Source: Octopus vulgaris
Lineage: Eukaryota
Assembly: GCA_951406725.2 (NCBI GenBank)
Contig: OX597821.1
Coordinates: 76,570,001-76,634,000 of the forward strand
Length of the DNA stretch: 64,000 nucleotides
Direction of reading: 5' to 3'
Shown here: one piece after another, positions 37,390 to 53,198 of the stretch
Layout of the letters: each line of letters starts with the position of its first letter
Numbering within the stretch: the stretch's first letter is position 1
Translations under genes and position numbers: made by a program
The notes under the pieces: generated by a model
Database searches by the model: none
The model's input: only the letters and a program-made list of their open reading frames with translations
Told to the model about the DNA's origin: nothing

Positions 37390-37830
37390 CAGTGGTTCTC
37401 AACCGGGGACAATATGGCCCTTGGAGGCGGTGTCAATATGACCCTTCGTGGCGGGGTCAAAATGGCCCTTCGTAGCGGTGTCCATATAGCCCTTGGCAGT
37501 GGGGTCAATATGACCTTTAGTGGTGGGGTCAATATGGCCCTTGGTGGAGGGGTCCATATGGCCCTTCGTGGCGAGGTCAATATGGCCATTAGTGGTGGTG
37601 TTAATATGGCGCTTCGTGGCAGGGTCAATATAGCCATTGGTGGTGGTGTTAATATGGCCCTTGATAGTGGGATCAATATGACCTTTAGGGGGGCGTCTAT
37701 GTAATATTTGTGAGTTCATATAAAGTTACCTGCAATAAATCGGTTATACTTCTATAATACACAAAATGCTTAAAGAATTTTTTGTATATAATTCCTAATA
37801 ATATTCAATTATGAAAATATGATAGGATTG
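37390..37830. mobile_element. hAT-like MITE end carrying a 24-bp minisatellite
   Basis: CAGTGGTTCTCAACC start; about 12 copies of AATATGGCCCTTGGTGGTGGGGTC at 37411-37690. Confidence 0.65.
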
Positions 37831-37924
37831 GCGCTCGGGTAATATCCTTAGCCTTTGCAGCTCCACCACTGCCACCACCACCACCACCACCACAGCTGGT
37901 AAGCTTATAATATCAAGGTTATAT

Positions 37925-39650
<1,726 letters not shown>

Positions 39651-40069
39651 CTGTTTAAGTACTATGAATAAAATAGCGTGATTTCCTGACAATGGGGAAA
39701 ATAGAAAGAGATTGACACAATATCGAATAACGAGAGAGAATATAAGAAAGAAAAAGATTCTACCGTAACGAACAAGAATAATAAATGCATTGGTAACAGT
39801 GGTAAATAATAAGAGGAGGAGGAGGAGAGGAGGAGGAGGGAAGAGGAGGAGGAGGGGGAGGAGGGAATATTTATCATCTTCATTTTCCTCCTCCTTCTCA
39901 TCCTCCTCCTCCTCAACATCATCATTACATATGACCACATTCGTTTTTTGATTGCATGTCAACTTTGTATTACTAAAAAAATTTACTGCAAATCTCAAAT
40001 ATAGCAAATAAAAGATAAAAGAATGTAAAAGTAAAAGAACATACAAATATATATTAGTGGTGTGTATAT

Positions 40070-40340
40070 TCTTTTCGACTCTAGGCACAAGGCCCGGAAT
40101 TTTGGGGGAATAGTTGTGGGGGTCAGTCGATTAGATCGATCCCAGTACGCAACTGTTACTAAATTTATCGACGCTTAAAGGAAGAAAAGCAAAATCGACC
40201 TCTCTCTATATATATAGCGGTATTTCATCTGTCTTAACGTTCTGAGTTCATATTCCGCCAAGGTCGACTTTGCTTTTCATCCTTTCGGGGTCGATAAATT
40301 AAGTAACAGTTGCGTATTGGGGTCGATCTAATCGACTGCC
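40070..40340. mobile_element. Two inverted SINE family B fragments
   Basis: Minus fragment about 40070-40200; plus fragment about 40217-40340. Confidence 0.7.
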
Positions 40341-40349
40341 CCCCCCCCC

Positions 40350-40404
<55 letters not shown>

Positions 40405-40525
40405 TAAGAAAGTTGGTTTGTGAAAGCACGTGGTTGAATATATAGAAAATAGTAAAAAGTGAAAAAACTACAGAAGGCTTGTTTTAAAAGGTTAAAAAAT
40501 ATATATTTGAGTCAATATGTCTGAA

Positions 40526-40584
<59 letters not shown>

Positions 40585-40635
40585 TATATGCGTGTGTGTG
40601 TAAATGTAATGTGTGACAATTATTCGGTAGCCATG

Positions 40636-40806
40636 ATAAAACTCCGAGTTTCGGATGCCGGGGTGGAAATCCACGCCGCCATCTCTTCAGTTATCCGGCC
40701 ATCGGAAAAAACGCTTTGAAAAAAATGCTTTTTTTTTCCGATGGCCGAATAACTGAAGGGATAGTGGCGTGGATTTCCACCCCGCATCCGAAACTCGGAG
40801 TTTTAT
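40636..40806. ncRNA. Inverted pair of candidate type I hammerheads (40636-40694 minus; 40749-40806 plus)
   Basis: AUAA-CUGAAGA/G-GAU...AUCC-GAAA-CUCGGAG-UU-UUAU. Confidence 0.65.
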
Positions 40807-41206
40807 CATGGCTACCGAATAATTGTCACATATTACATTTACAGATAAATTTCTCTATTTATATAATATCGAGGTCTCTTTCATTCTTTTGTTATCTTAC
40901 CTTTTTTATCAATATATTATGTATATATATACAGGTATATATAGATATAATAAATATTAGGGAATAAATCCAAATTTACAGGGAAAAAATCAGATTTAGG
41001 ATTAAATCCAATTTTATAGTAAAATATTATATAATATTAATTAGAGACAAAACCACTATTTTGCAAAACAAACAAGGAAAGACTTAATCAATACATAAAA
41101 TTTTAATAAAAAGTAAAAAAAAGTAAAAAAAACCGCCACTACAATTGTTTCATGTCTTGAACGACAATCTTTCCTTGTTTGTTTTGCAAAATAGTGGTTT
41201 TGTCTC

Positions 41207-41255
<49 letters not shown>

Positions 41256-41270
41256 GCATGTATATATATG

Positions 41271-41315
<45 letters not shown>

Positions 41316-41367
41316 GATTTGTTTTGCTCCGCCTCTGTTCTGTTTTTGTTTTTTCCAACGGATTTCC

Positions 41368-41460
41368 TATTTCTTCCTGAAGAGAAAGACACAATATGGT
41401 CTCATTATTCAATCGGATTTTGGTAAATTGTGCCTTTCGAAACACGTGTAGAATGAAATA
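41368..41460 (+). ncRNA. Type I hammerhead ribozyme
   Basis: UUC-CUGAAGA-GAAAG...CUUUC-GAAA-CACGUG-UA-GAA. Confidence 0.8.
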
Positions 41461-41663
41461 AATCGATTTCTGTTCAATCTTCGTTCAGCCCCATTTCTTC
41501 AATTCACCAATAATATTTTAATTTCAATTATCCGCACCAACGCACGGTTGCAACACCATATGGTTGTACCTCCAACCGTGCTGTTTTCTGCTGTGATTTT
41601 TGCTACCAAGGTACCGGTTAAACTTTTGATTAATCTGCTACAAGATTATTCATCTTTCTATTT

Positions 41664-41714
<51 letters not shown>

Positions 41715-41806
41715 GTGTGTATATATATATACAAATGTGTGTATGTATGCTTGTATGTACACACATATATATATATACATATGTGCGTGTATGTATGCCT
41801 GTATGT

Positions 41807-41837
<31 letters not shown>

Positions 41838-41973
41838 ATAATAAATATTAGGGAATAAATCCAAATTTACAGGGAAAAAATCAGATTTAGGATTAAATCC
41901 AATTTTATAGTAAAATATTATATAATATTAATTCGAGACAAAACCACTATTAAAATAGTGGTTTTGTCTCGAA

Positions 41974-42008
<35 letters not shown>

Positions 42009-42865
42009 GTGTGAGTGTGTGTATAGGTTAATATAAAGATTGACTCCCGTTAACAAAAACAAAAAATCTCCAGCCTGCTGGGTGTTAAAAACTGTGTAGA
42101 AAACGAATATGAAAGAAAAATTTGTGCAAACGAACGTGGGTGGGGGAGAGGACTTTCGGAAAATTCACAAGATCCGATTTTTCCCTCATAACTTTCAGGA
42201 AAATGGATATATATTGATGAAATTTTACAGAAACGCCTTTCAAACCACATACCTAACGATTCTAAAGAAATTTGTGGGGAAAATGCTTTCTGAAGGGGTG
42301 GGGAGAGGAGTGTCGGAAAGTTTACACTGTAGGTTCTCAAAGTGGGTGCTACCGCCCCCAGTGGACGTTGAGACGGTCCAGGTGAGCGCTGGTCCCTAAG
42401 GGAGGCAGTGAAGAGGTGGCGGTAGAAAAAAAGGAGGTGTCGGATAACTGAAGGGATAGTGGCCGGATAACTGAAGGGATAGTGGATTGGGGGACGCTAT
42501 GAATCCATTATAATATTGTTACAGTATTGTATAAAAATTATATATTATATTAAATATCAAATGATTCATAGTATATATAAATTGGTAAAATATGTTTATT
42601 TATGCATAAAATAGGGGTGGGTGCTGTGGGCATTATATGTGGCCATGAGGGGCGATGGCCCAAAACATTTGAGAGCCTCTGGTTTACACGATCCGTTTTT
42701 TCCCCTCTTAACTTTCAGGATCTAGTTTAGCGCTCGGTCACTAAAACGTTTTTTTATTTTTTTAAACTTTTTTTTTCACCGGATCCTAAGTTTTCGATGA
42801 CGAAGATTCCGGATATGCAAAAAAAAAAAACAACAAAAAAACACGTTTTCAAAATTTTGTTTTAT

Positions 42866-43260
42866 TCTTTTATTTGTTTCAGTCATTTGACTGTGGCCAT
42901 GCTGGAGCACTGTCTCTAGTCAAGCAAATCGAACCCAGGACTTATTCTTTGTAAGTCTAGTACTTATTGTATCGGACTCTTTTGCTGAACCGCTGAGTTA
43001 CGAGGACGTAAACAAACCAACATCGTTATCAAGCGATGGTGGTGGGGGGCAAATACAGACTCACAAACATATATAAATAAATAAATATATGCGACGGGCT
43101 TCATTCAGTTTCCGCCTCCGTCTACTAAGTCCACTCACAAGACTTTGGTCGGCCCGAGGCCATAGTAGAAGACACTTGCCCAAGGTGCTACGCAGTGGGA
43201 CGGAACCCGGAACCATGTGGTTTGTAAGCAAACAACTTCCCACAGAGCCAAGCCTGCGCC
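42866..43260 (-). mobile_element. SINE family A
   Basis: Full-length match. Confidence 0.88.
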
Positions 43261-43741
43261 TATTTAAGTACAAACATATTGATATTTATATTAATATTTG
43301 ATCCAGGTTACACAGAATACAAACAACAGAGACAATTAAAGGGGTGGATGAAAGGCGTTATGAGTCCAACAGCTGTCTATTGGGGACTTGGAGAGCCATG
43401 GTAATATGTGGCAGTAATGGTTGTTATCAACTAAGGATAAGACGACCTCTTTAATTTTCTCTGTAGTTTGTAATCTGTGTACGTCGGATCTATTAAATAA
43501 ATATCTGTACATTTGTGCTTAAATATTCATCGTCTGAAAGTCTCCTTTCGTTATCTCTCGCTTTTCATGTCTGCATATATACATATATGCATATATACAT
43601 ATTTTGTGTTTCATGCTCAAATTACTATATTTAATATATCTAATTTATTTATATGCTTAATTGCCTCTCTCTCTCTTTCTATATATAGATATATGTGTGT
43701 GTGTGTGTGTGTGTGTGTACGCACACACATTACATATACCT

Positions 43742-43785
<44 letters not shown>

Positions 43786-43888
43786 ATAAAACGGTAAGAT
43801 AACAAAAGAAAGAAAGAGACCTCAATATTATGTAAATAGAGGAAATTTATCTATACAATATGTTATTGACTACCGATTAATGTAACAT

Positions 43889-43978
<90 letters not shown>

Positions 43979-44649
43979 TATATATATATATATACATGCA
44001 AACATATGTGTATGTATGTATGTATGTATGTATGTATGTATGTATGTATGTATGTATGTGTGAGAGAGAGCGAGGAGGAAGAGAAGGACGGAAATAAGTT
44101 GCGTTATATAAACAACACTGACTAACCCAGATAAAGAGAAGGTAGGGTATCGTCGAGTGAGATTTTCGAGACAATTAAAGCAGAAAATTAAACATAAAAT
44201 GAGAGACGACTAATATTAAGTTGGAGGAGGAGGAAGAGGGGGAAAGAATAAGGAGAGGAAGGATGACGGCACGCGCAGTAGAAATACACAAATCCCGCAT
44301 AAAATTTATGTATACATGGAAAATTTCATAAAGCGAAGTACAAAATGAAACTCAGCTGGCTATAGAGTTAAACTACATAATACTGAAACCAAAACCTTAC
44401 TAAGTATAGGAAGTGTATATCAAAAGTATATACAGCTGAGGACATGCTACTAATGACCAATGTAAATTTGACTGTAAAACTGAGAGTTGCTGTTATGTTG
44501 GACATTCTTCTACAGCATTCTCATGTAGGCTCACTATGCATTTACAACAAGGAGCTACCACAAAACAAAGTGAGATAAAATAAATACTAGAAGATAATAC
44601 TTACTCTGTGAAATGAAAGGCAAAAATAAGGAGTCTTTTATTTCGAGAC

Positions 44650-47150
44650 GAAATCATATCAGTGTCCACTTTTGCTTCACAAGATCAGCAGAAATCGTTG
44701 GTCGTACTTACAAGCGTACACTACCCCAACCTCTGTCCAGAAACTACTCTCCTTCCTCACGTCCCTTCAAAATTTAGCCCTCCAAAAGGATGAAATGCAC
44801 ATCTAGATTAGTTCATTGACATTCTCTCCAGATTTCCGCTGAGGTATAATATCAACGTCAGACCAAATGTTTCCAAACTAGAAAAGTCTGCCCTTCTACG
44901 TCTTAGAAATAACAACATAACTGTCATCAAACAAGTGGATAAAGGGGATGTCATTGTTATAATCGATAGGGAATATTACCTGGATCTAGCTGGAGATCAT
45001 TCGAAGGATACAGCATTTTACAACATTTTACCACGAAATACCTTCAAATATTGACCACCGCATCGGGATGGAACTCAATTATTTAGTCTTAAAACATTAT
45101 AACTCCCTCACTCCTAACGAAAGGGACTATATTAACACTTTCGAGTCGAAATCCAGCGACTTCTATGGCTTCTGTGTCAAAAGACATACAAAGCGCTACA
45201 CAGGAACAAGGTAGTGAATACATAAAACTACTTCAACCAAAATTCCCATTATAACTGGTCCAGCCTGTCCTACACATCATCTGAGCAACCTCATTGACAT
45301 TATACTAAAATCGCGATGTAGTCACAAACCGAGTTTCATTCGGGATGATATCAATTTACTATCACGCATGACCAAAATAACAGAATTCAATTCACTGTTA
45401 GTTTTGATGTAACAAACTTATATACGAACATTCCATATGATTTGGGAACTACTGCCATAAAATATTTGGGTCGAGAAACATAGAGAAGCGATCACCAATG
45501 GATTTACGGTAACCTTCATACTAGACGCGGTCAACCTCATCCTCGAAAACAATATATTCCTTTTCAACGGAAAAAAAAACTACCTCCAATTTCGAGGCAC
45601 AACTATGGGGACGGATTTGCTTCAGTTTCCGCCAGCTCAGTATTGAGGCACTTGGAACAAAACCTATGTACAAAAAATTGAAAAGAACTACGACATGACC
45701 TTTAAAAGACATATAGAGGATACATAGAAAAGATACCATGATGATTGTTTCCTAATTTGAACGAAATCCCTAAAAAATCTGGAACAATTCAGCACCCTCC
45801 TCAACAATCTATACCCTAGTCTCCAATTCACAAGATAAATGAGCAACATGCAATTACCATTTCTAGACATAATTATAATTAAAAACAACATCATAATCAC
45901 AACCGATATTTATTATAAAAGCACAGATACACACCAGTACCTAAATTTCAAATCATGCCACCCAACACACATAAAATGTAAAATCCCGCACTGTCTAGCC
46001 AGGAAAATTTTTACAATGATAGATGATCCAAATACCAGAAGCACACGACTTATAGAACTCAAAGGATTTCTGCTCAAGCAAAATTACCCTCTTCTATTAG
46101 TAGAAAATAGCATACAACAGGCAAAAGAAATACCTTTAGAACAGCTTAGATCAACACGAAAAAGACGAACCCAACAACGGAACACAATACCATTTCTAGT
46201 AAGACAATCCGCTTCACCAAAACTTTTATAACATCATCAAAACAAATTTGCCAATCATAAAACGAAGTGAAAAATTAAAAGACATTAATAACTAATCAAA
46301 CACTTATCTTAAGCAAAAGGCAACCACATAACCTAAAGAAATTATTATCAAAGGGAAAATTCAACATGAACAAACAGAATAAAACATTTGCAGTATCCAA
46401 GTGTAATGATAACAGATGTGGAACTTGTCAATACATGTACACGGGTAGATCTATTAGAACTAAAAAAAATAGACAGATTTTCGCAAATGTAGATATGAAC
46501 TACAAAAGCAGAAATTTGATCTACTGCATTAAATACCCGAATTGTGGGGAACTATTTATAGGCGAAACAGGGAATGCATTATTGGAACGCTCACGAGTTC
46601 ACAGACAACAAATCCGGAACGCCAATGTTCGCCAAATTCCATTGAGCGAACATATAGAAACGTGGTCAGAATATGTTTTTAATTTTTCTTTCAACAAACT
46701 ACATGACACAAGTAAGGTTGGATGAAAGATAAAAAGAAAACGGTTTATTAAAATGTTCAAACATGTTCTGAACGGAATTAACAACAATAATATAACAACC
46801 AGTTAATAATGTGAATTAAAAAACATCTTTAACATGTGAATATGAACAAATTACAGAATATCGGTACGCCCAGCAAACCGTGACGTTTAAGCTGCATGCA
46901 GAGTGGTCAAAACCGTATTCCAAAAATTCAGCTTGCTGGAGCGTTTTAAGAGGTACTACAGTTGTCAAGAACTCAACTGTCAGTTAAATGCATTTTGAAA
47001 TCTGATGATTACTACGAACATATGAAACGCTAGTTGAACTTAATGAACATTAGAAAAAATTTTTTAATATTAAAATACCATAATAAAAAACGTGAAAACC
47101 AGACCATGTTTTAACTTTATTCAACTGATATATTATTCTATACACATTTA
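44650..47150 (+). mobile_element. Degenerate Penelope-like element (RT + GIY-YIG)
   Basis: DKGDVIVI, FDVTNLYTNIP, GTTMGT, RYHDDCF, LPFLDI, YYKSTDTHQYL...SCHP, NLIYCI...FIGETG; decayed CTGATGA...GAAA at 47002-47027. Confidence 0.88.
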
Positions 47151-47164
47151 CACAATTCGGAAAA

Positions 47165-47227
<63 letters not shown>

Positions 47228-47379
47228 TGTGTGTGTGTATACACATACATACATACATACATACATACATACATACATACATACATACATACATGCATAC
47301 ATACATATACACTAGCATTGCTAGTGTGTGTGCCGCCCGGGGTGGACCGCCTCTACCACTCACCACTAGCTACACTTGC

Positions 47380-47459
<80 letters not shown>

Positions 47460-47506
47460 AACATATATAAGATTTATGCATGCATACATACACACACATA
47501 CATACA

Positions 47507-47587
<81 letters not shown>

Positions 47588-47678
47588 ATACTCGGTTTAC
47601 CGACCATTATAAACAATACCAAATGTTTTCTCTCAAACCTTTAATAATGTGATACAAGTCTTTGGTGTAGCAATTGCA

Positions 47679-47773
47679 TGCGGCTGAAGAGGGCTTTTGA
47701 ACTATCTGTTATGTCGATTGTGCATTGATGTAAGAATAAGTTGTTCTATAAAGCTCGAAACATATGTACCGCA
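47679..47773 (+). ncRNA. Type I hammerhead ribozyme
   Basis: UGCGG-CUGAAGA-GGGCUUU...AAAGCUC-GAAA-CAUAUG-UA-CCGCA; all three stems pair. Confidence 0.88.
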
Positions 47774-47817
47774 ACATCCTTTGTATCCTGTTTTTCATTT
47801 ATTTCATTTGATACATA

Positions 47818-47891
<74 letters not shown>

Positions 47892-48632
47892 ATAATAAAA
47901 GGGTAAAATTAATTATTATTAATTAATTTCACCAAGTAGTGTTCAGTATGTAAAAGGACCATTCAAGGTATATTCAAAATATTACGTTATATAATTAGGG
48001 CTCAGTAAAATAATTTACTTTACCACATACTGAAACTTTTAGAAATAGCAGCCAAAAAGTTTTTTTAGCCATTTCTTCTACTATAAGAAAAGTCTCCCAG
48101 ATAGTGTTTACTCAAAAATAATTCACGTAGATATGGAGGGAAAAAACAACAAAATATCACTTGTACAAAGATCATTTGAGAACGTTAACGTTTCTAGATT
48201 AGTCGAATTAAAACTCGACATTTCTATCGTCAGCTCAACATTTCTTAATTTGGATTTGAAAACACTAAAAATTGAACATACCCGTCTGATATGTGTACTG
48301 AGCCCTAATTATATAACGTAATATTTTGAATATACCTTGAATGGTCCTTTTACATACTGAACACTACTTGGTGAAATTAATTAATAATTAATTGATTTTA
48401 CCCTTTTATTATTGATAATACAATTCCTTTCTCCCTGTTCTTTACTGCGGTTCTCACCGTAATAATCTGTTTACTCTATAACTCACGTGGATGGAAGCGG
48501 GAAGAATACGAATCTTCACTCGTACTTTTTGAATTTGCTGGCACTGGCAGTTTGGAGATGGTTTGTCTGAGGTTACACATATCAGACGGGTATGTTCAAT
48601 TTTTAGTGCTTTCAAATCCAAATTAAGAAATG

Positions 48633-48695
48633 TTGAGCTGACGATAGAAATGTCGAGTTTTAATTCGACTAATCTAGAAACGTTAACGTTCTCAA
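48633..48695 (+). ncRNA. Type I hammerhead ribozyme (inverted copy at 48176-48238)
   Basis: UUGAG-CUGACGA-UAG...CUA-GAAA-CGUUAACG-UU-CUCAA. Confidence 0.85.
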
Positions 48696-48899
48696 ATGAT
48701 CTTTATACATGTCATATTTTGTTGTTTTTCCCTCCATATCTACATGAATTATTTTTGAGTAAACACTATCTGGGAGACTTTTCTTATAGTAGAAGAAATG
48801 GCTAAAAAAACTTTTTGGCTGCTATTTCTAAAAGTTTCAGTATGTGGTAAAGTAAATTATTTTACTGAGCCCTAATTATATAACGTTATATATATATAT

Positions 48900-49824
48900 G
48901 GCAATGTTTCGTTTGTCGTAGCACACGTTTCCGTCGATTTCCTCCGTCGATTTCCGTAAAAAAAATTTATTTTTTTACATATGGCTTTGCGGGAATATTT
49001 GAAGTAATGAGAGCGAAAGAGACTAAGAGGAAGCGATTTTATGACGAGGGAATTTCTTTTTGAAGTCCCCGTGTGTGTGTTTGATGGGGTGTGGGAGACA
49101 GACAGTATGTTGTGTAAGTGAAGTGCTTCTGTTAGTGTGTGCGAAGAGACAGAGAGAGTAATGTGTGAAAGAGAGATAACTGAATTTTTTTACTCGGTGT
49201 ATGTGTATATGTATGTGTGTGTGTGTATGTATCTATGTATGTGTGTATGTATGTGTGTGTGTGTGTAAGTATGTGTGTGTGTATGTATGTATGTATGGCC
49301 GATTCAGTGTAATTTTTTACTCGGTTTATGTGTATATGTATGTCTGCATGTATGTGTGTGTGTGTATGTATGTGTGTGTGTGTATGTGTGTATATATGTA
49401 TGTATGTATGGCCGATTCAGTGTAATTTTTTACTCGGTGTGTGTGTATATGTATGTCTGCATGTATGTGTGTGTGTGTATGTATCTATGTATGTGTGTGT
49501 GTGTGTGTAAGTATGTGTGTGTGTATGTATGTATGTATGGCCGATTCAGTGTAATTTTTTACTCGGTGTATGTGTATATGTATGTCTGCATGTATGTGTG
49601 TGTGTGTATGTATCTATGTATGTGTGTGTGTATGTATGTGTGTGTGTATGTATGTGTGTATGTATGTATGTATGTATGTATGTATGTATGTATGTATGTA
49701 TGTATGTATGTATGTATGTATGGCCGATTCAGTGTTTACATTTTTTACGGAAATCGACGGAGGAAATCGACAATCGACGGAGGAAATCGACGGAAACGTG
49801 TGCTACTACAAACGAAACATTGCC
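48900..49824. mobile_element. Non-autonomous TIR element (GG...CC, TIR about 60 bp) with internal tandem repeats
   Basis: GGCAATGTTTCGTTTGT..CACACGTTTCCGTCGA / TCGACGGAAACGTGTG..CAAACGAAACATTGCC; four ATGGCCGATTCAGTGT-anchored internal units. Confidence 0.8.
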
Positions 49825-49918
49825 GAAGAAATGGCTAAAAAAACTTTTTGGCTACTATTTCTAAAAGTTTCAGTATGTGGTAAAGTAAATTATTTTACTG
49901 AGCCCTAATTATATAACG

Positions 49919-50001
<83 letters not shown>

Positions 50002-50675
50002 GGAGAGATAAATAGACAGATAGATAGATATGTATGTACGTATGTATGTATGTATGTATGTATGTATGTATGTATACATATATGTATGTTAGTATGTATG
50101 TGTGTATGTATAAGTGTAACTGTATGCGGTAGCTGTGCGACAAAATTGCCGTATAGGCAGTATCTTCGTTAAACTCTTGTTACATTTCCCGGAAGAGTTT
50201 GTTACGTAGCATAAAGCGCACATCTAGTATGAAAGAAAGCATGACGCACGAAGATTGTATGTCATTTTTTTTTTTAATTTTTACATTCCTGTGTAGTATG
50301 AATGAATAATGGAAATCAAACTTGGTATTTTGTTAATTTACGAAATGAACTAATTACCCTCAACTCGCTTCCTGTTTTTATTCCATATTGTACGTTCTCT
50401 TTTAACTGCGCTGTTGCCATGTATTGTTGCAGATTCCTCAAGTGGGTCACGTCGCTGCGAGAGTTTAATGTGGAAATCATCCAGAGATACAATCTTACTC
50501 GGTAATTTGTCACGTGCCTGGCGCGTCCACTTCCGTTTGTATCCAATGTCATCGTGCATCCAGAGCTGGATTGAAAATTAAGCACCTGATTAGGGTGTCA
50601 AAAGAAATAGGGGAACCACAGAAATGGTAAACGGTTTACAGCACAAAAGAAATTACTCTAAAACTTGTTAACATA

Positions 50676-51241
50676 TTGGGTTGTCCGGAAAGTTCGTGCC
50701 GATTTATAGTAGCTTAACTTTCGACTTATTTTAGAACATGGTTGATTCCAATAAATAGGATTTGACTACACCTCCATTTAGAGCACAGTTTAAGCTATCT
50801 TTTCGTGGAAGAAGTTTTATGTTCCTATAACCTGTGTTAATTCTGTAACCCTTTAAAATAAAAGATGAGAAAGTTCATTTTCGGCACTTGATGCTTTGGG
50901 AACCAGACAAAAATTGCTGCAGCTCGGCTGAGATGTGTTACTCCTTCCTCCATATTCACCAGATATTGCTCCTCCGGATTTCCACTTATTCAGGTCTCTA
51001 CAGAATAGTCTTAATGGTAAAAATTTCAATTCCTTGGATGACGTAAAAAGATACCTTGAAGAATTCTTTGACATGAAACCACCTCAATTCTGGGAAGATG
51101 GTATTTTCAAGTTAAAGTAAAGATGGAGACGCATTGTGCAACAAAATGGTTCATATTTGGTTGATTAAAAAGGTAATGGCAAGTATTTATTGACCTTTTT
51201 CTTTCCTTTAAAAATCGGCACGAACTTTCTGGACAACCCAA
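50676..51241 (+). mobile_element. Internally deleted mariner, copy 2
   Basis: Same TIRs, TA TSD and deletion as 24736-25302. Confidence 0.92.
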
Positions 51242-51789
51242 TAATATTCGAAGTGACTGGTGAGGATTGAATTCAGAATGTGTAGTGCCGAAAGAAATGC
51301 CGTTAAGCATTTTGTCCAACGTTCAAAGGATTCGTGCGCTGCCTTTAAGAGCGAAGATGAGGACAATAAATACAGGCCTAATACTACGCAAATCTTGTGG
51401 GTGCCGCCGATATACGAAGTTCTCAGTCTTATCGTTAAGAGCATGAAGTTGAAAGAAACCTGTGTGTGTGTGTGAATAGTAAGCGTTAACTGATCATTTT
51501 TTTCTTTCACCTGAAAAAACTAACTTTCTGAGATATTCATCAACATAGCTAATTGTACTGATTATCGGCACAAATACAGGTTTCAGGAGTAGAACATTGT
51601 GTGTAAAAGACTTTTATGGGAATATAACACCTATGTACACGGTACATATATAATACAAGACCACATTGAAAATACTAATCCAAAAACCGGAAGAGAAAAA
51701 TAAATGGAAAAAGAGGAACAAAGATAGAAAATGAAAGAAAAATGAAAGAGAAATATAAAAGAAAAAGGTAAAAACATCAATTCAACACC

Positions 51790-52560
51790 AAGTGCCTCAA
51801 CTGGTCGCACACCATAAGGTTCAACGGAACCTACTGAAGCAAGCCAACATGCTCGCGGCATTACCACGGGTGATGGCGAGGCCAAGACGTTGGAACAGCC
51901 AAGCACCATAACAAGTATCACCTGACACCTCGAAAAGGCGAGCCGCCAACGATGACAAGAACTTCACCGTTAGCGGCCTAGCCTCGACAAACTTTTCAAA
52001 CCCCACGCACTGGAAGAAATGGTTCACTGACAGGTCCCGATACTTTTGTTCAGTTCGGCTACGGAAGCAATGACCCTCACATTTACCGCAGCATCCAGAA
52101 TGTGGCGTTCCAGATGAGGCACCTGCCTCTTACTAAGGAACAGAAGGTAAGACTATTTGGTATCTTCCCATCACTTCTGGATAATCCCGCCGGCTCCAGA
52201 ACTGATGAGATATTAACCCGAGTCAGGACCTTCTTAATGATTAAGTTTAGCTCGGCGTGACAAGCGAAACGGTCAGTATTTAGGCAGCGAAACAGACCGT
52301 GAAGACCTGTGGAGTCGAGAGACATAACACAGCGACATCTCAGTCACCCACAGACAGACTTCGGCTGCCACTCTGAATGCAATGGAGATGCGGAACTCAT
52401 CCAGACTGAGTAGAACACCAATTTTAACCACAGGCAACGTATCAATCTTGTCCCCACTGGAATTTTGCGCTAGCAGAAAGTGGGCGACACATTGGAAATT
52501 GATCAGATTGATCAATTTTCCGTTTATGCTCAACTGACAAGCCCCGTTCTAATTTATGTT
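51790..52560 (-). mobile_element. CRE-like non-LTR retrotransposon 3' fragment (restriction-like endonuclease)
   Basis: H.LFRC...CHAELN.IIK, LEPAGLSRSDGKIPN.LT...CLIWNAT, LFQRLGLAITRGNAASML. Confidence 0.7.
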
Positions 52561-53029
52561 ACAAATGGCGGCTCACGGCTGAACGTTTCACTCAGGAGGC
52601 GAGAACGAGGCTGTGCTCCAGCAGGATTTACATGACTTATGATGAAGTCTTTCTCTTATTCCGGAGAAGTTCCCAACGTATGAAATGGTCTGCAGTGTTT
52701 CATTGTTTTAGCCTTCGTTTTTTGTTCAAATGTTTGCAGATTCTCTTCTGTCGATATATCGATCTCATTCAAAATACCATTTTATTGAGTTGCTGCCCTA
52801 AAGGTAAAGAATAAGAAAATAAAAAATAGAAAAAAATCTCGTTTAAGTTCTTTTTCTTTTTTCTTTTTTTTTCTTCTTTTTTTTCGTCAATCAGTAATGA
52901 TCTCAAGTGTCATTTTGTGTAGAAATAGTGACTATAGGCATAGACATACACAAGGATAAACAATATGCTTATGCATACACACACGTACACACACATACAC
53001 CCATACACACGCATGTGTTTATGTATGTG

Positions 53030-53147
53030 TATGTATTTAATGTATGTATGTATGTATGTATGTATGTATGTATGTATTATGTATGTATGTATGTATGTAT
53101 GTATGTATGTATGTATGTATGTATGTATGTATGTATGTATGTATGTA

Positions 53148-53198
<51 letters not shown>

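Noticed and set aside
50302-50585. Short non-repetitive ORFs that might be an exon
   Set aside because: No recognisable domain or partner exons
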